A stretch of DNA of 64,000 nucleotides from Lytechinus pictus (taxonomy: Eukaryota): contig NC_087252.1 in NCBI RefSeq assembly GCF_037042905.1, positions 2,606,001-2,670,000 of the forward strand, written 5' to 3'. Position numbers and translations under genes: made by a program. The notes below the pieces were generated by a model, which did not search any database, was not told the origin of the DNA, and saw only the letters and a program-made list of their open reading frames with translations. The first letter of the stretch is position 1; every line of letters starts with the position of its first letter. Below, piece by piece: positions 12,701 to 24,700 of this stretch.

Positions 12701-15700
12701 CGAAAATGAAAAAAGATAATTAGATAATTAAATAATTAAATAATTATTGATTTACAAACCACATTACAAAACTATATACTCTATTGATGGTCCAGGTTTG
12801 TGTTTCATAAAGCTATTTGTAAGTTAAGAGTGACTTTACAAAGACTGGTTACTCTTTCTTAAGAACTAAATCAACATGCACCAATATATTAAATATCATT
12901 TAACACAAAAAAGGGTCACCAGTCGTTTGCAAAGATGCTCGTAATCTATAATCAACATTATGAAACACCCGCCAGGGCCAGTAACATGACCGTAATGGTT
13001 AATCTTGGGCAGATTGATTGTTGTGCATATTATCAATCATAAAAAGCAGCCCTAAGATCAATCGCCAAGCTTTAGGTAAAAGGGCCACAAGAATTTATCT
13101 CATTTTTCTGTTGAAGACTGAGCCCCCAATATATGTTGGATAGGGTCTATGGAATGTTAGCATAATCTCCCAGTCAATGGGAAAATATATTAGAAGTCAC
13201 ACCATGAAGAGCTCATGATAATAAATTAGTAAAGTTCAAACTTAAAAGCAATGTCAAATACGAACCCTGATAACACAACTTGTATTAAAAGTAAAAACAA
13301 TATTATCATAAATGAGAAACAATCCATTTTTCTCATCACAAGAGTTGTCATATATGCAAGTTTTACAATCCACTGTCTATGAGAATTACAGAATTTCTTG
13401 GTCAAATTAAAATTTAAAGGGAGGGGAAGGGGTAAGAAAAGGTAAGTTGGAAGGGCAATGGTGTGAATAGCAGGAACAGACTTAGTGAACACTGTGCAAT
13501 TAGTAACATCCCGTAACAAGTTAATATTGTCATTCTACATACAACCTACTTCAATCATTCATATATCATGAGTGTACATGGATGACACCTATCACTCTTC
13601 TTAATACTCCTGTCTCGTTAATAAATTCCAGATTATTGACGACTTCCTATTTTTAGAAACATTTCCAATCTTCCCCACGGTAACATTGCTGCCTCAAGGT
13701 CATGTTCACCTACATACATGTAGGAAACAACCCAAACTTTATTGGTTTTGACCCCAAACTGAACGACTAATCTTACCCCTGTATATATTCGTCGTTAAGC
13801 AATGATTACTAATTTATACCACCGACTTATGCCTCGCGTCAATGAATATCATCCTCGGCGACTATATATGGCAGAGGCATAAAAAAAAAATTATATTGGG
13901 ATGTGCTGGGATGTCATTTTGAATCATTAGCATATAATCTTCTCTTCCTTCTTAGAAAGTTTGGGGTACCGGTATTGAGTTCATGTGTATAAAGTTGTTT
14001 CAAGAAGGAAAGGGCACATGAACTTTGCAAAATTTACTTTTGATTATTTATTGCTAATTGGTTACCAAGTTTCATTTAAAATGTTCATTTTGGTTGCTTT
14101 TATTATTATTTTTCTCACTTCCCATAAGCATACAAAATATGAGAACAATATTAAGAATGAAATTGTGAAGCACAAAACCAATTATTTTTAACCAAAATTT
14201 TGGAAACATAAAATCTAAACTTGAATAATTGGGTCATTAAGAAAAAAAAATCATGTATAGCACTTTCTCCAATCAGAAGCAAAATCTGAAGTGCTGTGCC
14301 TGGGGATCTTTTTATAAAGAGTTATAAATATGGCCTGAAATAAAAGGAGAAATAATAAATTATTTCATAAAGAACTTATAATCGTTGTAACAGGATTCAG
14401 CAGCCAATCAAAATCAAGGGTTTCGTGGTAATTACCATGACAAATATTTACTATAACTGAAAGTATTAATACAGAGGGACATTGGGCCTGAGCAATTAAA
14501 GGACAAACATGTCTGTGCAAAGGAAAATTTGCCAATTTTAATCAATTGTCAAAAGTGAAGTATTTGAGGGAGTGAAGAAAATTATTAATAGCAAACATAA
14601 AGTCAAGGAATTTAGTATATTACATTTAATAGACAAAATAAGAGATTTAAAAATGTCAAATTTAAGAATTACCGATTTCTGCCCAGTCTGATTTAGCATT
14701 CATTAAAAAAATTGATTGAAATAAAATTATATTGACAAATGAAATATATAAACATAGATATCAAAAGATCAAATTCAAAATAAAAATAAGTAGAAAATAA
14801 GAAATCACAATGCTGAACATGCTAAAATTGAATATTAAAATATATTTTGATATCAAAGCCATGTCACTTCAATGAAAGCACATGGGAAAATTGTCAAAAT
14901 GGTAACCAGTTGCATAACGAACAGTACCATAAATATTTCTTTTCATTGTCAATGCTCACTCATGAACCCTACTTTATTGAATGTCTTTAGAAACAAGTGG
15001 TCAACCCACAAGTGTCTAAAATGTCGGTGGCAAATATACTATGAAACAAAATTTTGCAAGAGTATTGAAATAAATATCGGCAGTTCAAGCATGTGTCACC
15101 AGTCCATCATAAAACAGATGATTATATACATGTACATACATGTAAACATGTATAAAGAGGAAGTTACAATAATTTGGGTATGAAACACAACTGCCTACAT
15201 TGTACGATAGCTTACATTTTTTTTCTCGTACAGAAGTGAAACTTTTAACGAAATTTCTGGAGACAAAAATTTTACAAAGCAATAACTTACAATGTACAAA
15301 TAAATGGTGGAAGCCCAAATCAATAGGTGTTTACAATGCAGACTTACAAAAACAGCTACATGTTCACAAATGTGTAGTACACTGTGCCTGCTACATGTAT
15401 TACTATTACAATCAAGTCCGAATGCTTCAATCATTCCCCGTAAGTTTCATTTTCTTTCCATTTTACCTCTCCCTCTCCTCTTCTTTTCTCTTTGTCCCCT
15501 CCCCCTCCCCACCATCAGCTCATTGTACTTTTATTCTCCATGTAAAACTTTAAACAGTCAAGTAAAATAAAACACTGAACTAAATTCTGCTCATGGGAGT
15601 CATGAATAAATAATAAAAGAAACAAAGAACAAAGGAAATGCTGAAACTGGGCAACACATTCTGATCATTCAACTTTAGCAATGATACTAAGAGCAAAATA

Positions 15701-18700
15701 ATTCCAATAAAATAGCTTGCAACAATTAAAGCAACACAGCTAAATATATTGTAGAAAGATGCAACATGAGTTCCATCTATCTAAAAATATCTTACCTTTT
15801 CGCTAGGAACATCTAAGTCATACTTATTCTAATTACAGAGAGAAATAGAGATTATTTCTTCAATATCAGATATTTTAACACTGAGGGAGTTCTACTATAT
15901 TTAATAGGACTGCAGAAATAAACTAAATTGTAATTAGACTATATTATACATCCACCATGGGCAAAAATTCAGATGAATAGCATCTTACGAAAAACAAATT
16001 ATTCAAATTTTACGAGTAATGCAGGGGCCGCAAACAGTTTTGAAAGTGGGGGGCTGATCATGCAAAAAATCAAAATCAGATGGTAATTTCTACGTTTTCG
16101 TATACAGTTTAGGAAAAATGAGGGGCTGAAACCCCCGAAACTCCCCCCCCCCCACCCTGGTCCCTGCAACGTACATATCCTGACAACCTGATAGAGTGGA
16201 AAAAATATTTAATGTCACTTTAACTAACAGCCCTGACAAGTTAGTACCCTAGCACCTGTCAATCAGTTTCTTTTTTTCATTTCGTTTGTAATTTGCATAT
16301 GTGTTGATGCTAGATCTTGGATACCATATCATGAAACTAATCACAATTAAATTATTGTCAGAAGCTAATGGGGAGATGTTGAATATTTGAGTTTTACTTG
16401 TCATGCTGGAATCATAATTTGCTCCAATGAGAAAGAGTTTTTAGTGGCTGCTTTACAGAGGTACATGTACATGTAGTCGCAAAGTACAGTTGTACATATA
16501 CTCACCAGACTTGTTTGGCGGGCATCTAGTTCTTTCTCTAGGTCTGTATTCTCTCCTACCAAGAACGTGAGCTGCCGGAGACGCTCTGTGTTATCCTTGG
16601 TTAGCTCTGTTATGCGCTTCTTCTTGGCAAGGATTTTTTTCTGTGGAAAAAAAGGGATGGTGGAGAATTTGGTATAATCCTTCCATACTCAGAGAGACAA
16701 CTGTTGAGTGTTTGATAGATCAGTGTCTACACAATGCAAAAGTTTCATGTTGTTAATAAAATGTCAATATCTTCAATAATACATGTATATTAACAAGTAG
16801 ATAAATAGGTTCAAACTGCTTTATTGTCATCTTCATCGACACTATCATCATTATCAACATCACCACCACTAGCATTGCCATCAGCATCACCGTCATTATC
16901 ACCAACACCATTATCATCACTATCATCATTACATCCACCATCTACATTATCATAATCATCATCATCACTACCACCATTTCCAGTATCATCATCATCACCA
17001 GGCAATGGCAATCATCTTTGACCACCAGCATCATCATTATCCATGCCAATAACACCATCCTCATTATCAGTATCAATGTCATCCACCAACATTATGACGA
17101 CCACCTTCATCACTACAAACCGTCAAACTCCTAACATTAATTAGCATAAACCACATCTTTAAATTAAACTTGGACACCAACTAACCTCCCACTTCTGCAT
17201 CTCCTGGGCGTTCTGTCCCTCATTGATCCTGATCTTCTCTTTGAGTTCCTCCACGTTACGATTCACGCCCACCGTCTCCATCTTGTCCAGGTCGACGATG
17301 CGGCCAAACTTGAGCCTCATCATATCGTTAGACTTCTCCTCCAGCTCATCGATGCGGGCCTCCATCAGCTTGCGATCCTTGATCAGCTGGACATGCTTTT
17401 GGCGATGCTCCCTAGAGAAGAAGATAGTCAAGATCCAAGTTTGATATCATTATAAGTAACATGTAGACTATCTCACTATCAAAGTCAAAGGGAACTGCCT
17501 CCCCCCTCAAAAAAATAATAATAAATATTGGTTTTGGAGCGAAGAGAAAATATCAAGCCTAATGCAGAAAATTACATTGAAATTGAAATATGTAAAAACA
17601 ATACATTTCAAAGTTTCCCTTATTTTAAAGAAAAAGTTATACGCACAATAGGAAGATTGCAAATGGGAACACTAATGATGTCTTTTTCTCTGTTTTTTTT
17701 TCTTTCTTTTTGGGAGGGGGTATTTTGTTGTATGAATTAAAGTTTGAATTAATCGATTGAATCACAATGGGTTACGATAATGGCAATTCCACATAATCAG
17801 TGAGGAATCTAACTTTGTTTCACATCGTAAGGAGTACAAATTTGAAATATTCCATATTTAAGAAAATTTGATCTCTCTGACTCCTTTCTTCTCCCTCCCC
17901 AATTCTATACTGTACAAACTCACTTGTAATGTCGTCGCTGGGCACTCTTCTCTTCCTTCAATTCCCTGATCCGTTGCTGCAGTCTTCTAATGGCTTGGTT
18001 GGTGAATACTAGACACTGGCTAAGGTCTTGGGGAACAGAGCCGTTGACTACATGCTCAACCTGGTGAAGCCTTAGGGTCACTATCACATCAAGTTCATTC
18101 AGCTTCTGTTGTTTTTCAAGCTATAAAGTAAAGAAAAACATAGTATCTTATCATCAATGTTCATGAACTGTTCACAAGTTACCTAATGAATTATACTGTT
18201 AACCTTCAGAGGGTAGAAGAGTTGATATAGCGAATTGATTGGGAATGTTTGTTACATTTCGGTAAAGACTAGGCAGTAACTTAGGTTCTGCAGAACTGAG
18301 CTGTTGACTACATGTTTAACATGGGGCACATTTCATGAAACAAATAGTAAGTGATTATCATGATTTGTTATAAGTTACTGAAAACCTTGTGTCTGACTGG
18401 CTTGGAGCATAATTGTCAGTGAGAATTACTGACAAGATCTTTCATGAAATGCTCTGGTCATAAAGCCTCATGGGTCACTAGCTGTTTGAAGACATTGAAA
18501 TTTGTGAGATACTTCCTATTTTTGAGCAAGCGCCATGAGCGCCCAGCTGAGGCGGATACCGGCGCTTTACAAGAACCCATAATCATCAGCTGCTCAAAGT
18601 CAGCTCCTGCTATTTTGAAGCCATTCTCAAAGATCTTCTGATTTGCTCCCAGCAAATTTGTCTGTGAAAATCAGCGACTGTTTGTTATAAGCAACTGAAA

Positions 18701-21700
18701 TCCTTAGATTTGAATGGTTCAGAGCGTTATAACCACTTGTTTAATGAAATGTTTCACCGGATGAAGTCTCAGGGTTCGCAAACTCACCTGGAACTGTTCA
18801 AGGTCAGCTTCTGCTGTCTTAAGACCATTCTCAATGATCTTTTGTTTCTTGGTGAAGGCATCAGTCTCTTTCTTCAGAGCTTCGGCCGTCTTCTTCTCCT
18901 CAGCCATCAGCTCCTCAATGTCAAGTCGCTTCTCACGGAGAGCACAGGTATTATCAAACAGTGCCTGAGGATAGATAGAAAGAAATTGTGCATGTATAAA
19001 CAAATTCATCTTCTTGTCCATTGCATCAAGAAATTTCAGTCACAATCACAATGGCTTCCAGCAATTTATACCTTATTCAAATGTCATCAGCATCATTCAT
19101 GCTAATAAGTCTATCTGAGCTTAAACATTGTTAATTCTTTCCGCTTTAGCTTTTACCTCACAACATTGACATTAAAATATTAATATAATCAATGAAATCA
19201 CACTTTGGTAATGAGATTGGCATGATGTACTTCTACATTTTCTTATCCAGGTTCATAGATCTGTGTCTTTGATATCTTCCGTAAAAGGTGGTCTCTACCT
19301 TTTCTTCCACCACAGCTGGCACAAGAAATCTAAATGCAGTCTGTCGTAATGTGACTTTAGGATTTAGGATTGCAAAGCGCATACTGTCGCGACAGAGAGT
19401 GCAAGAAATTATGACCATCACCATCCTCATCATCACTAATCTCTTAGTCTTACCTGATCACAGCCAGGAGGACAGACTGAATCATCCAGCTGCTCTTCTC
19501 CTGATTCGTCATCATCGCTTGACCAGTCAGACTCATCATCGGAGCTTTCATCACTCTCCTCATCAGACTCTGTACATATGACATTTGAAATCAATTCAGG
19601 TTTAGTAACACATCTATAACTAGATGCAGTCAAAATTTATGTCTCCACCATTGCCATACCAAGAACATAAACACAACTAATTTCTAAAATTTCAAATAGT
19701 TACCTCAATGACTCTTGATCTCATGTCCTCTAAAAACAAACAGATCAATGCCATACATATATGCATACTTCAGCAAAGTTTTAAGGTAATGCAATAAATC
19801 AATGTCAGTTATCTACATTATAAGGGGGATGTTTCATAAAGATTTAAGTATAACTTAGAGTCGCACTAAAATGCCGACGCATACATGATATGCAGCGCGT
19901 TATCTTATTGATCAATACGCAGTAGTGTGCATCCTCCTAATAGCATGACTTGACCAATGCAGTCATGCCATTTATACCACACGCAACTAGGCATCTTAAG
20001 TGCGACTTTAAGTAATACTTTTGTGAAACACCCCCCAGAAGCACAATTCAAGAAGCCTTTTACCAGTTCAGTGACAACTTTTCAAACCTTCTGTAATACT
20101 CCATCTGATTGGCTAAGGGTAAATTACATGTATTGAAATGTCTGTAACATACCTCCTTCCGTCTTGGTTTTTTTCTTGGCCCTCTTGATTTTCTTCTTAA
20201 AGACTTTGGTCAGAAATTCCTGGAATTTGTTATTCTCTCCTAGAGATGACTGGAAGGTGGCATAGAGGGCCTTCTCTTTCTCACTCAGCTTCTCGATGTC
20301 TTTCCGTTTTAAATCTAGCTTCAACTGGCATTCAACCACCTTTACAGGAACGAGTAAATATGTATCAAGTTAAATACAAATATCACTAAATACACAGACA
20401 AGTAGTTTCATTTGTTTCCTTCCATTTAAGTATATTGCTGTACTTAAGTTTTAATTTGCTCTGTAAACTTTGAAACTTTTTTTCCAGTTTTTCCCCCATG
20501 ACAAAAATATGTATCATGATCTCCCTGAACAGGTAGGATTGCAATTGTTTATCCTTTTTAAATTCAATGAAGCACTTCCTTATACTGTAGTCTCTTCACA
20601 AACAAAAATATTATATTATTCACACAAGTACATTGCACTTAGAAAAAAAACCATGAATGTGGGACATCATTGGCTCTCTAATATGCCTACATGTACATTA
20701 TGAATATTGTGAAAAAAAAAAAAAAATCTGAAATGTCATAACATTGTTTTTTTACATCCGATTTTGATGAAATTTTCAGAATTAGGCTAATCTGATTTTA
20801 GAAATCTCTTTTTTATGGGGTAAACTTAGCCTTTAAAGAACAGTCAATGCAAAAGCAATGTACACAATAAAATTTTCTAAGCTATTTCATGCAAGTAATG
20901 CCATTGAGAGTAAGCATACCTTTGCCTGCATATCTGAGCGTTCCTTGATCTTCACATCCACCTTGGCTGCTAGGACATTCTCTCGTTTCTCAAACTCCTT
21001 CAGGAGCTGTAACTCTTCAAATAGAGTCACACGCCTAGAATAGAAAAGAAAAAACATGCAGAAAGTTTATCTCAAAACCTTGGAACTATTGGATTACAGC
21101 CTAAGGTAGATTCAATGAGCATGGTTATGAATGCTACATATACCATTTATAAATCATCATCATCACCATCATCATCATCACTATCATCATCACAATCACT
21201 ATCACCATCATTAGCATCATCACCATCACGATATCCATTATGCTACCATCATCACCAGTAGGATAAGAAAATAATTAATCAGAAAAAAATTGATGAGAAA
21301 AACTTTACCTCAGATCAGCATTCTTGAGGTCCACATCCTGGTTGAACTTCTCATGACGGAGGAGACGAAGCTCGGCGTCAAAGTTGGTAACGAGCTCCTC
21401 GACGCGTCCCAACAGCTGATCTTGCCTATAAAGCATGTCTATCAAATGGACCTCCTTCAGCTGGTATTCCAGTGGGGAGAGAAGGGAAGGGTCGGTGGGG
21501 ATAGGAGTCACCAGGTTGGTTCCACTGCGGTAGGACATGGCAGACTTGCGCATCGGGTTAGGGCCTTTTGTGTCTGCTTTCTATAATGGCAAAAGAAAAA
21601 AAAATCACATTTGCTTGTAGGTTCTATGACGGAAGCTTAAATATTAACTTTGAAAGTGTTCATAGGAATGCATTTAGGAATAGTATCACTACATGTATAT

Positions 21701-24700
21701 AAGAGAAATTGTATTAATATCACACTGGAACCCGTAATTATAAGCAAAGGAAAACTAGAAACACAAAACAAACAAAAACAGGAATAAATATCTCAAGAAA
21801 ACAGAGCATTTGTATAGTACGTTTCACAGTACACCATGTATCTTTCTTGGGCAAAGCATTGGCATTGTTTTTTTTCTCCGCCGTGCATAAGGTAAAGTTT
21901 TTTATCAAAATCCTGATGTTATTTTCAAGCTCAGAAATGGTAATAAACAAAAGTAAAATTTGTTGCTGTATGATTTGCAGAAATGAGGCAAAACAAAACT
22001 ATCCCAACCAATGTCAGTTCGTGTACAGGAGACATAATGAGGTTGCAAGTAGATTTTGGGTTCCAAAATCGATCATAAATCTGGAAAACAATTACAGATT
22101 TGCATGTGATTGTATGGCACCATTTGATAAAAAGTTGATATAATAGCATGTCAACTACCATGACAACAGTGAAGATTCTGCTTTCTGATTGGCTCTTCCA
22201 ATGAAAGTTGACATTCCAGCAAGAGTTGCTATCATAGCAACTTTTTATGACATGGGGCCCTATGGTCCGTTTCATAAAGCTGGTCGTATTAAGTTAAGAG
22301 CGACTTTAAGAACGACTGGCGATCCTTTCTTGTGGTAAAGAATATTGAACATTAACGTTCATTGGTGATTATTTAGAGCATAATAAATGATCATCAGTCG
22401 TTCTTAAAGTCTCTCTTAACTTACAAACAGCTTTATGAAACACCCAACTGATCTCCTTTTTCAACAGGGGGTAACAATTATTTCATTTGCCATAGTTATA
22501 ATATTATTGATGTATCAAATGTATATTTCCAATTGATCATTAATATTTTCTTGCAACACTCTGTAGTGATAAAAGATAACTACCAATACTTTAACAGTAT
22601 TAAAGTTTGAGAACTAACCTGGGTTGGGGCGTTACCCCCTCCCATGCCTCCAAAGCCCCCTCCGAATCCTCCTCCCTCGCCCCCGGTGATCTTTGCTAGC
22701 TCCTTAGCCTTCATCTCCTCTCGGAATTTCATCAAGGAATCGCGGGTGTATTCATACTTCCTGCAAATAACAAAGGTAATGTGAAACTGTTATTGCATGC
22801 AAAAGAAATTACTTGATAAGGAAAACACAAATCGAACCCACGCCCCTCAGATTGAAAGACGAGGCTCAACCACTAGACCACGACGCCCCCACTCAAAATA
22901 TACAGAATATATGAGTATATTGGTTGTCGGATTGGAAATGTTTCGTTGATTTATAATTGACCTTGAAGCACAGGTTTTTTACTGTAATTACCAGTAAGTG
23001 TCGAATAAAACAGACTTTGTCGAATGACACTGGTGGTCATTTACTAATACATAAAACAAATATTTTGATTTGAGAAATTATAATATTCAGCTTTATACAT
23101 ACATACATACATGAGAGATTGTGATTGACTCCACATTTCAACGTGCAAACTGTTTCTAATCAATTCCAAGTCTATTGTATCTAAAGTTTTGTTACATGTA
23201 TCCTCTAATAAACACATTGGTGATGGTGTGTGTGTGTGTAGGGTATTAAAAAGTGAAGATCTTTGAAATGCAGAATATATTCATGTATATGAATTTAAAC
23301 ATTAATATCACACAACAAATAATGAATAATTCAATAAAAAGGAAAAAAAATGAAATCATATAGCTAAGAATCTGAATAGTCCCTGTGAAACCATAAAAGG
23401 GTGATAATGCTTGAGAAATATGGAAATGTAAATAATTAATGCATTTTGACAACGTGTGATTACATTTCAGAAGACATACATAGACATACATCCTAGGACA
23501 ATGTGCAACTAATACTACTAAATCATGTCGAATTTTAGTCCTTTTTGATGGACTAATAAAATGCCAACAGCGGTGCTGGTACTAAATTTTATTGCCACTT
23601 AACAATACATGAACGAGCTATTTCCCATAACTAAAGAGTTTTACATCAATTACGCACAGCTGCTCATAAAGGTTAACATGTAAAACAATGTATTTCTTGA
23701 GTAGAAGAAATAACCAGTTGTCTCACGATGTAGCAAACGTAGTGGGAAAGCGACGTTTCGTCTGCAAGCTGCTAGACTTCGTCAGGCAATGAGCAAAGAC
23801 GCTGCTGCGCACGGGTTATATAGCGTCGGGAGCTATTGTCTGGCTCCACTCGGGCGTGAGCCGCGCTGTGATTGGCCGATGCCGCTGGCCAATCAGGGTC
23901 CGCGCTGGTGCTTGGTACCCGCTGGAGCGTGCACCGCGCGCTGTGACTGGCCGATACAGCCGGCCAATCAGCATCCGCGCTGGTGTCAGGCACCCGCTGG
24001 TGAGGGCGCCGCGCGCTGTGAACGGTGGATGCAGTATGCCGTCGGATGGTACATGTATATGTAGGTAACCATTCATCAGGGATCTCAATGCCGCTGTCCC
24101 TGTTGATATTACTCGGGTGCAAACGGATCTGTATCGCTTCCTTAATGCGCCGTGTATACCAATGCTTATCATTAGCAATGCAGCTGACCTCATCCCAGTT
24201 AGGTGGATGATCGGAGTCCCAAGCATGTTCTGCAACAGCAGAGTTATCAGTGCGCCTAAGCCGAACATCGCCGTCGATGTTCCTTCATGCGTTCCCCCAC
24301 AGGTCTACCAGTCTCACCGATGTAGACTTTGTCACGTCGAGCATGGGATCTTATAAACAACCCCATCGCGTCTGTCGGGGATCGGGCGGTCTTTCGGACA
24401 GACCAGCTGGCTGCGGATGCTGTCGGACTTGAATATAACTCGGATGCCATGCTTCTCCAAGCGCCGGCGGAGAAGATGCGCGATACCATCATCAAACGGG
24501 ATTACTATAGCGGATTTAAATTGCGTAGGCTGTTCGGACGGAGCGCTCTTCTTCTTAGCGACGCGGTTAACGAAGGAGCGCGGGTAACCGTTAGAAATAA
24601 GAGCCGAGGTGATGTGTTGCTTCTCTGTAGCTGTGCACTGGGGCTTAGTAACGATGCGTGAAGCTCTGTCATAAAGACACTTCACTACCCCGCGCTTAAC

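Noticed and set aside
18458..18655. 65-aa ORF as a functional mutually exclusive exon
   Set aside because: Only about 18 codons resemble exon 29, it runs into a retroelement-like tail, and it lacks proper splice sites.
22829..22890. Possible tRNA gene
   Set aside because: A and B boxes are present but there is no complete acceptor/T stem, so it is better explained as a SINE head.
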